Origin: Candidatus Electronema halotolerans
GTDB lineage: Bacteria > Desulfobacterota > Desulfobulbia > Desulfobulbales > Desulfobulbaceae
Direction: 5' to 3'
Length of the DNA stretch: 32,000 nucleotides
Assembly: GCA_942493095.1 (NCBI GenBank)
Contig: OW818675.1
Coordinates: 2,430,001 to 2,462,000, forward strand
The notes below the pieces were generated by a model that worked only from the letters and a program-made list of their open reading frames with translations, did no database searches and was not told the origin of the DNA. This document shows, in pieces, positions 18,600-26,161 of the stretch; the first letter of the stretch is position 1, and each line of letters starts with the position of its first letter. A program made the translations under genes and the position numbers.

Positions 18600-21524
18600 C
18601 TACAGCTCCATCACTTCATCAAAGAGCTTGGCTGCGGCCCTGAGCTTGTCGCTGCTGCCAATGCTGGCCCGCACCGCCTCTGTCCTCAGTCGCTCCAGGG
18701 CTGGGGCAAAGCTGCGCAGGTCATTGGCTTCAGCATCCAGCACCTGCTCAATGATCTGCTGCCGCCGCTCCGGCGTGATGCCGCAGAGATAGGCATCACG
18801 GGCCTTGGCTCCCTCAGCAGCAGGCGAGCGCAGGGAATTGAGGCTGCCATAGGTGCCGATGATGAGCTGGTCCAGCTTGGTCCGGCTCAAGTCCAGCTTG
18901 CTCACCGCAGCGGCAATGGCCTCATAAGCACTGTAGGTTTTCTCCACCTGCGGGTCGCGGTAGCTGATGACAGCCAGATTGCCGGAGACCGGATGAAACT
19001 GGACAAAGCAGCCATAAGCTCCGCCGAGCTGCCGCACTGTGTTCCAGAGGTAATCCCGTGACAGCCAGGTCTTGAGCACCTCAAACGCGCCGTTATGCTG
19101 GCTGGGATCAGGGAACAGCTTGCAGCCCTGCACGTTATAGGCCACCTCTGCTGAGGTGGTGAAGGCCTGCCGCAGCGGCAGGACGGGAAAGTCCATTGCC
19201 CCTGCCTGCGGGGCAGTGCCGGGCAGACTGCTTTGCAGTGCAGCGGCCCGGTCTTTGATGGCCGCAATATCCGCTGCCGAGCCGGTCATGGCGATCTTGA
19301 GGCCCGCAGGCTGGAAGAGTGCCCGGCGCAGGCTCTCCAGCTTGCTGAGGAAGTCCTCCTCCAGCGCATCATAGTCCGATGCCAGGGCCTTGAGCGTCAG
19401 ATAGGCGGTCGTGCCGTTGACATGCTCATTGATCATCCCTGCCGGACTGAGCTGGGCAAAGACCCGGCTGGCGGCTAACTGCCAGCCCTCGCTCTGCACT
19501 GCGTGCTCGGCCCAGGTGAATTCGCGCAGGACAATCTCCTTGATCCGCTGCCGGTTGTTCAAGTCCAGCTCGGCCAGCACCTCCTGCACCAAGTCAAGCG
19601 CATCCGGCAGATACCCGGACAGAGCCTTGGTTTGCAGCCAGAGCAGCGGCAGCGGTTTTTGCGTGTCGCTGACATGGGTGTAGGCGGTGAAGGCATGGCT
19701 GAGGCCGCCGGTGCAGATATGGATGTCCTTGGCAAAGCGGATGTAGTCGCGCTGCGTGGTGCCGATCTCGGTGGCAATGGTGGCGAAGAGATCAAGATAG
19801 GGCAGCAGGTCCGGGCTGATCTGGGCGCAGTCGAGGCCGAACTGCACGTAGGCGATGCCGTTGCAGTCCAATTCGCTGCTGATGCACTCTGCCGAGCCGC
19901 ACTGCTCGGCAACTGCGCTGGGCTGCGGCGGCCTGCGCTCCAAGTCAGCGCGGGCCAGCTTGGGCAGCAGGGCCAAGGACTCCTCGCTGTTCGGAGTCTG
20001 CTGGAGGCGCATCAGCTCCTGGGTGTCAGCAATCAGCTGGTCAATCTGGGCCTGATCAAGCGTCTGCTTGTATGCGGCCAGCCGCTCCTGCTCGGCCTGG
20101 GCCTGCCAGGCCGCCTTGTCCGGGTCAGGCCGGAGGGTGACAGCGGCAAAGGCCGGGCTGTCCAGCAGCTTCTCCCTGATGAGCTGCTCGAAATAGCCTT
20201 CCTCCAAGGCCTTGCGGCGGATGGAGGCGAACAGCTCGTCGATCTTGAGGGCGGCAAAAGGGTCTGCGCCATGCTGCAAGGCGGGCAGAGCCTTGCTGAT
20301 CAGCTCCAAGCCGCATTGAGCGCGGGTCAGTTCCTCGCGCACCGAAAACTCATAACTGTTCAGCTCGGACAGCACCAAGTCGCGGTCAAGGCCCTGCTCG
20401 ACAATCTGAGTCAGCACGTGGCGGCAGAGGGCAAGGAAGTCGTCGCGCTTGTCCGCATCCGAGCCGACCAAGTAGGTCAGCATCACGGTCTGGACGCAGT
20501 GATCAGCAATGAACATGCCGCCAAAGTCCTTGCCCAAGCCCGCCTCAACCACGGCCTGCTTCAGGGGCGAGGCATCCGAGTTGTAGAGGATGTTGGCAAT
20601 CACCTGAAAGGCGGTGGTCAGCTCGCGGTCAAGCAGGGTGGCAACAGGCGAGGCCACAGCCAGATAGGTCTTGCCTGCCAGCGTGCTGCCTGGCTGGACC
20701 GCATAGCTGTCCTCAACAAAGACCGGCCCGCTGATGCCGCTGCCCTGAACAATCTCGGCCCGCTGGCCCGCGCTCTTGTAGTGGCAGAGGAACTTGTCCT
20801 GCACAGCGGCCAGCTCCTCGTCCAAGTCGGCATCGCCATAGAAGAAGAGCATCCCGTTCGAGGGGTGATAGTGCTTCTGGTGGAAGGCGACAAACTGCTC
20901 GTAGGTCAGGTCAGGAATGCAGGCCGGATCGCCGCCTGACTCGTGCGCGTAGGTGGATTCGGGCATCAATCCTTGGAAGCTGCGCTGGAACATGATGCGG
21001 ATCGGATCGCTCCACGCGCCCTTCATCTCATTGAAGACCACGCCTTGAAACTGAAGCGGCGCGTCCTTGCTCTCCTTGTGATAATGCCAGCCTTCCTGGG
21101 CAAAGGTGCTGCGCGGGATGAGCGGATTGAGGACCACGTCGCAATAGACATCCATGATGCTGAAATACTCGCTCAGGTTGCGGGTGGCGAAAGGGTACCA
21201 CGTGGTGTCCGCGCCGGTCATGGCATTGAGGAAGGTGGTCAGGCCGCCCTTGAGCACCTCGCCGAACACGTCATGGACTGGATACTTCTTCGACCCCATC
21301 AGCACCGCATGTTCAAGGATGTGCGCCACGCCCGTGGAATCGGTCGGCACAGTCTGGAAGGCGAAGCAGAAGGTCTTGTTCGGATCGCTGTTCTTGATCG
21401 CCAAGGCCGGAGTGCCGAGCACCTGATGCTCGAACATAAGCACGTCCGCATTGATGTCAGCGACATGCTCCGTGCGCCGGAGGATGAAGCCGTGATGAAC
21501 AGAGCCGATAGTGAAGTCAGTCAT
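18600..21524 (-). CDS. M16C (PreP-like) insulinase-family zinc metallopeptidase, 974 aa from ATG 21524
   Basis: The inverted zinc motif HxxEH is present (GVAHILEHAVLMG). The ~975-aa length is typical of PreP/M16C enzymes. The ORF-track version (to 21998) adds 158 residues that run through a DNA repeat array, and I treat that extension as non-coding. Confidence 0.85.
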   Translation of the reverse strand: MTDFTIGSVHHGFILRRTEHVADINADVLMFEHQVLGTPALAIKNSDPNKTFCFAFQTVPTDSTGVAHILEHAVLMGSKKYPVHDVFGEVLKGGLTTFLNAMTGADTTWYPFATRNLSEYFSIMDVYCDVVLNPLIPRSTFAQEGWHYHKESKDAPLQFQGVVFNEMKGAWSDPIRIMFQRSFQGLMPESTYAHESGGDPACIPDLTYEQFVAFHQKHYHPSNGMLFFYGDADLDEELAAVQDKFLCHYKSAGQRAEIVQGSGISGPVFVEDSYAVQPGSTLAGKTYLAVASPVATLLDRELTTAFQVIANILYNSDASPLKQAVVEAGLGKDFGGMFIADHCVQTVMLTYLVGSDADKRDDFLALCRHVLTQIVEQGLDRDLVLSELNSYEFSVREELTRAQCGLELISKALPALQHGADPFAALKIDELFASIRRKALEEGYFEQLIREKLLDSPAFAAVTLRPDPDKAAWQAQAEQERLAAYKQTLDQAQIDQLIADTQELMRLQQTPNSEESLALLPKLARADLERRPPQPSAVAEQCGSAECISSELDCNGIAYVQFGLDCAQISPDLLPYLDLFATIATEIGTTQRDYIRFAKDIHICTGGLSHAFTAYTHVSDTQKPLPLLWLQTKALSGYLPDALDLVQEVLAELDLNNRQRIKEIVLREFTWAEHAVQSEGWQLAASRVFAQLSPAGMINEHVNGTTAYLTLKALASDYDALEEDFLSKLESLRRALFQPAGLKIAMTGSAADIAAIKDRAAALQSSLPGTAPQAGAMDFPVLPLRQAFTTSAEVAYNVQGCKLFPDPSQHNGAFEVLKTWLSRDYLWNTVRQLGGAYGCFVQFHPVSGNLAVISYRDPQVEKTYSAYEAIAAAVSKLDLSRTKLDQLIIGTYGSLNSLRSPAAEGAKARDAYLCGITPERRQQIIEQVLDAEANDLRSFAPALERLRTEAVRASIGSSDKLRAAAKLFDEVMEL

Positions 21525-21785
21525 GAAGAAGCGGTGTGGTTGAAGTTCAGGGAATCTGCGGGCGCAGGCCGGACTGACCCGCCCTGCCAAGTCCGCAGAC
21601 GGCAGCAGTCCGCATCCTATTGTTCTAAAGATTGGTCTGAAAATCAAGAAGAATAGTTGGCGCGCAGAATTGCGCCTGCCCTGATGGCAGCTGACATCTT
21701 CCATCCCTTGCACTGGGTCGCCACCAACCTCGTTGCGGATGGCAAGGGCGGTCGCCAGCACGGCCAGCTTACGGAACATCACCAA

Positions 21786-21923
21786 AAGCACTCCAGTGCA
21801 ATTCATAGTTGCACGGGAGAAGTATTCACCATTGCACGAGAGAGGTACGCGCCATTGCACTCTCGTGCAATCCATCGTTGCACGGGAGAAGTATCTGCCG
21901 TCGCACGGGAGTGCAATCACCAT
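21786..21923. repeat. Tandem 2 x 69-bp repeat built from six 23-bp phased units that start with TTGCAC-like hexamers
   Basis: Units start at 21786, 21809, 21832, 21855, 21878 and 21901. The 30-nt cores 21796-21825 and 21865-21894 match at 28/30. GTGCAA-N7-TTGCAC dyads lie at 21796-21814 and 21865-21883. A 12-bp inverted repeat lies at 21831-21842 / 21860-21871. Confidence 0.9.
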
Positions 21924-21980
21924 GCTTGCGTCCGCAGTCCAGCTTATTGCATTTTTCAGCCCGGATGCGTCATATTTTTC

Positions 21981-22009
21981 TTGACAGGCATATCGCACCG
22001 TCGTATTTT
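21981..22009 (+). promoter_or_regulatory. Sigma70-type promoter candidate: TTGACA, 17-nt spacer, TATTTT
   Basis: A consensus -35 (21981-21986), an exact 17-nt spacer and a -10 of TATTTT (22004-22009) sit ~58 nt upstream of ATG 22067. That start is preceded by the SD AGGAGA (22055-22060). Confidence 0.55.
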
Positions 22010-22066
22010 GCCAGAAGCAGCAGTGTCCAACCTCGCTTACCCCGCCTTTTTCACAGGAGAATCATC

Positions 22067-23140
22067 ATGGCCACTCTTCAATGGCGACCAGCAGTCAACG
22101 CGCTCACTAAACCTGTTTCCTACCGTATCCAGATCATTCCCCGAAACATCGCGGGCTATGAGGAAATGGCCGCTGATATCTCCGCTGCGAATCCCAATTA
22201 CAACGCTGATCTGGTGCGCTCGCTCGCCCCGCTGATCATGGAGTGGATTCAGGACAGGATGATCAACGGCGATCAGGTCACTCTGCCCGATGCCTTTATC
22301 TTCCGCGTCTCGGCCCAAGGGCGGCTGGACAGCCCTGACGCGCCCCTGCCCGATGACGAAAATATGCTCCAGGTGAGCGTCAGCGGCACCCGTGCCTGCA
22401 CGGGCAGACTGCGGGCGGAAGGCCGGATGGAACGCCAGCCCATGAATGAAAAACTCCCGCATATCAACTCGGCTGAAGACACCAAGCTCAAGCTGGCTGA
22501 CGTGCTCAATCCGGCTGGTCTCCTCCATCTGATGGGCAGCAATCTCTATTTTGAAGAAGATGACCCGCATTCCAGTTGCGTGATTCAGGGCACGGAGAGC
22601 GGCGAGACCAAGCAGAGCACCTTTGGCGTGCTCTCCAATTCCGAGATTCTGCTTGCGCCTGACATCCCGGCCCAAGCAAACCCTTGGAACAACGAGTATT
22701 CAATTAGCCTGACCACGCATTATACAGAACATGGCACGCCGCGCACCGGCACCTATCAGCGCAGACTGCGCAGCCCGCTGGCAGTTCCGAATATGGGACA
22801 TCCGAATCCGCCCGAAACCGGCATCCTGACCGGCAGCGCGGCTGCGCCGTATGTCGTGATCAATGGTGGCTCGGTCTCAGCGGATGAACGCCTGCGCATT
22901 CAGGTGATTCAGGACTTGGTCGAGGAGCAGCTCCTTTTCTCGCTCATTGATATGAAAGAGGAGGGTGCGAGCGGTGCGGAAATCCCAGTGACCCAGAACG
23001 GGACATACAGCCTGCCGGGTTTCACTGGCTCCGCCGTGAGTTCGCTGGAAATCAGCGTGAATGAGTATGCCGCCCTCTGGGAGATGCTCCGCAATAACTA
23101 TAACGGCAGACTGGTGGATGTGCTGGATGTGGTGGTGTAG
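22067..23140 (+). CDS. Putative DNA-binding protein: HU-like (HU_HIG-type) N-terminal domain, DUF4469-like Ig-fold domain and an unassigned C-terminal region, 357 aa
   Basis: Strong SD plus ATG. The N-terminus (YRIQIIPRNIAGYEEMAADIS...LVRSLAPLIMEWIQDRMINGDQVTLPDAFIFRVS) fits the pattern I recall for HU_HIG proteins. The middle region (LPHINSAED...LMGSNLYFEEDDP...SNSEILLAPDIP...YSISLTT) fits the DUF4469 pattern. Family assignment is from memory, not from a search. Confidence 0.55.
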   Translation: MATLQWRPAVNALTKPVSYRIQIIPRNIAGYEEMAADISAANPNYNADLVRSLAPLIMEWIQDRMINGDQVTLPDAFIFRVSAQGRLDSPDAPLPDDENMLQVSVSGTRACTGRLRAEGRMERQPMNEKLPHINSAEDTKLKLADVLNPAGLLHLMGSNLYFEEDDPHSSCVIQGTESGETKQSTFGVLSNSEILLAPDIPAQANPWNNEYSISLTTHYTEHGTPRTGTYQRRLRSPLAVPNMGHPNPPETGILTGSAAAPYVVINGGSVSADERLRIQVIQDLVEEQLLFSLIDMKEEGASGAEIPVTQNGTYSLPGFTGSAVSSLEISVNEYAALWEMLRNNYNGRLVDVLDVVV

Positions 23141-23288
23141 AGGCAAGTGTGACCGCGCGGCGAGATAGATGCATTGTGGGAGATTCGTGCCTGCGACCAC
23201 GACCTGTAACCAGAATCAATGCGCGGTTGAATACGTATACGCTGTATTTAACATTGATGAGATATTAAATCATTGAGAGGATTGATTA

Positions 23289-24230
23289 ATGAAAAATAGC
23301 ATAATACGTTTTGTGTGTACAATTTTTGTATTATCATTTTATTTTTTTAATATAACATACGCTCAAGCTAAAATAGGCGGGTACTGTGGAAATTGCGAGA
23401 AGGAAAAACAGGAACTTAGCGATGCTCAGGGATTACTATCATTAGCGCAGGAAACATTATCGACAGCGAATGAAAACCTTAGTTCTGCGAGTGATAAGTA
23501 TTCAACTGCCGAAGGATTGCTTGAGTTTGCGAAGCAAGCTAAAGAGAGAGCTGAAGCATTATTAAATAATGCAAAACAAGCAGTTGCTGAAGCAAAGGAT
23601 GCCATATTAAGCCTGAAGGATGAAATAACAGCCCTTCGTCTATCTCTTATGCAGGCGACTGCATATTGGGCTTATCTTCAGATACAAGCAACCATAATTC
23701 TTAAAGAAGCAGCCCTCAGTGCAGCAGAACTACTTCTTCCCCCCTTGATAGCCGCCGCCGCCACAGCAGCAATTGTTTGGTTCGACGCAAAACAAGCAAT
23801 TCCACCATTAAAAGATCAAGTGACAGTTGCTAAGGATGATTATGAGAAGGCTTTAGAAAAATGGAGGCTTGCATCAAAGGATGTTAGAGATAAAACTAAG
23901 AATGTTGAGGTTAAAAAGAATAGTTTAGACAAATGTCTTGCAAGCCGAGTGACACCCGCTCAATGTGAGAAATGCGAAAACAATAAAATTGCAGCCAATG
24001 ACTCTGAAGACCCTGGAATGTGCAAAAAATGTCAGAACGGAGCTGTAGTAAACGATAACTCGGAAGACCCCGGAATATGCAAAAAATGTCAAGGAGGAAG
24101 TGCGGTAACTGACTATTCAGAATCTTGTAATGATTTTGATCCATGCACAGAAGGTGATCATTGCACTGATGACGGATGCGCAGGAACTCCTATCGAAAAT
24201 CCATCCCCCAGTTCTCCAGAATGCCAGTAA
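23289..24230 (+). CDS. Secreted coiled-coil protein with a central hydrophobic segment and a C-terminal tandem Cys-rich repeat region, 313 aa, of unknown function
   Basis: SD GAGAGG lies 8 nt upstream of the ATG. A signal-peptide-like N-terminus has an AQA-K cleavage motif. Long Ala/Glu/Lys/Leu-rich helical stretches are present, plus a hydrophobic segment LLLPPLIAAAATAAIVWF. There are three CxKCxN...SEDPG repeats followed by DPCTEGDHCTDDGCAG. The DNA is strikingly AT-rich relative to its neighbours. Confidence 0.75.
   Translation: MKNSIIRFVCTIFVLSFYFFNITYAQAKIGGYCGNCEKEKQELSDAQGLLSLAQETLSTANENLSSASDKYSTAEGLLEFAKQAKERAEALLNNAKQAVAEAKDAILSLKDEITALRLSLMQATAYWAYLQIQATIILKEAALSAAELLLPPLIAAAATAAIVWFDAKQAIPPLKDQVTVAKDDYEKALEKWRLASKDVRDKTKNVEVKKNSLDKCLASRVTPAQCEKCENNKIAANDSEDPGMCKKCQNGAVVNDNSEDPGICKKCQGGSAVTDYSESCNDFDPCTEGDHCTDDGCAGTPIENPSPSSPECQ
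23964..24126 (+). repeat. Three in-frame tandem ~57-nt (19-aa) coding repeats (CxKC(Q/E)N-x7-9-SEDPG)
   Basis: Units 24006-24062 and 24063-24119 match at 27 of their first 29 nt. The preceding unit, starting at Cys codon 23964, is similar at the protein level (CEKCENNKIAANDSEDPG). Confidence 0.85.
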
Positions 24231-24280
24231 GTAGGCTAGGCAAATAGCTGTATCGTTTGCCCAAGTAAGCTGACATAATT

Positions 24281-24310
24281 GGCGGGCAAGCAAAAAGTTG
24301 CTTGCCCGCC
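24281..24310. terminator. Hairpin between convergent genes; candidate bidirectional terminator
   Basis: A perfect 13-bp stem (GGCGGGCAAGCAA / TTGCTTGCCCGCC) with an AAAG loop lies between the stop of the 23289-24230 gene and the stop of edd (24342). No clear U-tract follows on either strand. Confidence 0.55.
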
Positions 24311-24341
24311 CTACGGTGTTGAGCGAAGTCGAAAGGCACCA

Positions 24342-26144
24342 TTACAGCACCGCGCTTGCTCCTTCCTCAGCCCCAGACAACACCCTCCGCAAGGCGGCAA
24401 ACATTCCATGTCCCGGCTCGGCAGACTCCGGCGGCGGCAGGGCGGCCTGTCGCTGCGCCAGCGTCGCTTCATCCACCTGCAATTGCAACGCAGAGCTGCG
24501 GGCATCCATGCGGATGATGTCGCCAGTCTGCACCTTGGCAATCAGTCCGCCTGCCAATGCCTCTGGCGTGCAGTGAATGGCAAAGGGCACCTTGCCTGAC
24601 GCGCCCGACAGCCGCCCGTCCGTGACCAATCCAACCTTGTAGCCCTGCTCCATCAGCACGGCTAACGGCGTGAGCAGCTTGTGCAGCTCTGGCATGCCGT
24701 TGGCTCGCGGCCCTTGAAAGCGGACAACCGCAATCAGGTCGCGGTTCATCTGCCCAGCCTTGAAAGCCTGCTCCAGCTCGTGCTGGCTGCTGAAAACCAT
24801 CGCCGGAGCTTCAACGCAGGTGTTCTCGCCGTCAGCCAAGGCGGAAATCTTCATGATTGCCCGGCCTAAGTTGCCGGACAGCAGCTTGATGCCGCTGACC
24901 GGGGCAAAGGGCTTGTTCAGCGTGGCGATGATGGACAGGTCACGGCTCTGCTCCGGCCCAGACTGCCAGACTGCTTTGTCCTTTGCCAGAACAGGCTTTT
25001 CCATATACCTGCTGAAGCCCGGCCCAGCCACAGTCTGCACATCCTCATGCAAAAAGCCGCCAGCCAGCAGCTCGCGGATGAGCAGGGCCATGCCGCCTGC
25101 CTGCTGGAACGAATTGATGTCGCCTGCGCCGTTGGGATAAATGCGCACCAAGAGCGGCACGGCTGCGGACAGCTCGGCAAAGTCGTCCCAGTCAATCAGG
25201 ATTCCGGCAGCCTTGGCAATGGCCACCAAGTGCATGGTCTCATTGGTTGACCCGCCCGTGGCGAGCAGGCCGACCATTGCGTTGACCACCGCCTTTTCAC
25301 TGATCACCTCGGCCAGCGGCGTGTATTCGCTGCCAAGATGAGTGATAGCAGTAACCCGGCGGGCCGCAGCCTTGGTCAGCTCCTCGCGCAAGGGCGTATC
25401 CGCATTGACAAAGGACGCGCCCGGCAGATGCACGCCCAGCATCTCGGCCATGAGCTGGTTGGAATTGGCGGTGCCGTAAAAGGTGCAGGTGCCGGGGCTG
25501 TGGTAGGCCCGCAGCTCCGAGGCCAGCAGCCCGTCCTTGCCGATCTCACCCTTGGCAAAGCGTTCGCGGATCAGATTCTTTTCCCGGTTGCCGATGCCGG
25601 AGGACATGGGGCCAGCAGGCACGAGCAGCATGGGCAGGTGGCCGTATTGCAGGCCGCCCATGAGCAGGCCGGGCATGATCTTGTCGCAGACACCGAGCAG
25701 CAGTGCGCCGTCAAAGACATTGTGCGACAGGGCGATGACCACAGCAAGGGCGATCACGTCCCGGCTCATCAGGCTCAAATCCATGCCCGGCTCGCCTTGG
25801 GTGATGCCGTCGCACATGGCAGGCACGCCGCCTGCAAACTGGGCTGTGCCGCCCGCCTCTGCCACGGCCTGCTTGATCAGCTCAGGATAGCGGCCCAGCG
25901 GCTGATGGGCGGAGACCAAGTCGTTGTAGGCGGAGATGATGGCGATGTTGGGCACCGAATCAGCAAGCAGGGCCGGACGGCAGGCCGGGCAGCCAGCAAG
26001 GTCGTGCGCCAAGTTGCTGCACGGCAGCGTTTTGCGGAACGGCCCTTTGCTTTTGGCCGCCGCCATTCGCGACAAATACGCGGCGCGGCTGGCTGCGCTG
26101 CGCTCAATAATCCGACGGGTGACGTGTTCAACAGTTGCGTTCAT
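24342..26144 (-). CDS. edd: Phosphogluconate dehydratase (Entner-Doudoroff), 600 aa
   Basis: Collinear, high similarity to E. coli Edd as I recall it. Shared stretches include RIIERS, AGGVPAMCDGITQG, PGTCTFYGTANSNQ, LLATGGSTNETMHLVA and TDGRLSGASGKVP. Confidence 0.92.
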   Translation of the reverse strand: MNATVEHVTRRIIERSAASRAAYLSRMAAAKSKGPFRKTLPCSNLAHDLAGCPACRPALLADSVPNIAIISAYNDLVSAHQPLGRYPELIKQAVAEAGGTAQFAGGVPAMCDGITQGEPGMDLSLMSRDVIALAVVIALSHNVFDGALLLGVCDKIMPGLLMGGLQYGHLPMLLVPAGPMSSGIGNREKNLIRERFAKGEIGKDGLLASELRAYHSPGTCTFYGTANSNQLMAEMLGVHLPGASFVNADTPLREELTKAAARRVTAITHLGSEYTPLAEVISEKAVVNAMVGLLATGGSTNETMHLVAIAKAAGILIDWDDFAELSAAVPLLVRIYPNGAGDINSFQQAGGMALLIRELLAGGFLHEDVQTVAGPGFSRYMEKPVLAKDKAVWQSGPEQSRDLSIIATLNKPFAPVSGIKLLSGNLGRAIMKISALADGENTCVEAPAMVFSSQHELEQAFKAGQMNRDLIAVVRFQGPRANGMPELHKLLTPLAVLMEQGYKVGLVTDGRLSGASGKVPFAIHCTPEALAGGLIAKVQTGDIIRMDARSSALQLQVDEATLAQRQAALPPPESAEPGHGMFAALRRVLSGAEEGASAVL

Positions 26145-26161
26145 GGCATGGATTTGCTGAT

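Noticed and set aside
19503-20939. 478-aa plus-strand ORF antisense to the M16C peptidase.
   Set aside because: The reasoning is the same as for the ftsZ antisense ORF. The peptidase frame carries the HxxEH motif and has full PreP-like length. The antisense product is Leu/Gly/Ala/Gln-rich and low in complexity.
21786-21923. The repeat array as a CRISPR array.
   Set aside because: The units are contiguous with no unique spacers, are only 23 bp long and are degenerate. No cas genes are present in the window.
21525-21998. 158-aa N-terminal extension of the peptidase ORF, including the repeated peptide CDGRYFSRATMDCT / CNGEYFSRATMNCT. I briefly considered this as a repeated RiPP-like core peptide or a signal-peptide-bearing extension (MFRKLAVLATALAI from ATG 21779).
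   Set aside because: The underlying DNA repeat has a 23-nt sub-period, which is not divisible by 3. Several frames on both strands are open across it, so the peptide repeat is a by-product of a DNA-level repeat. There is no SD at sensible spacing, and a GGAG lies 13 nt from ATG 21779. PreP-type proteins begin near MTDFTIG...HGF. The extension would also overlap the divergent promoter.
21809-22066. Upstream extension of the HU-like ORF (the track start at 21809).
   Set aside because: ATG 22067 has a strong AGGAGA SD and sits downstream of the TTGACA-17-TATTTT promoter. The extension runs through the repeat array and the promoter itself.
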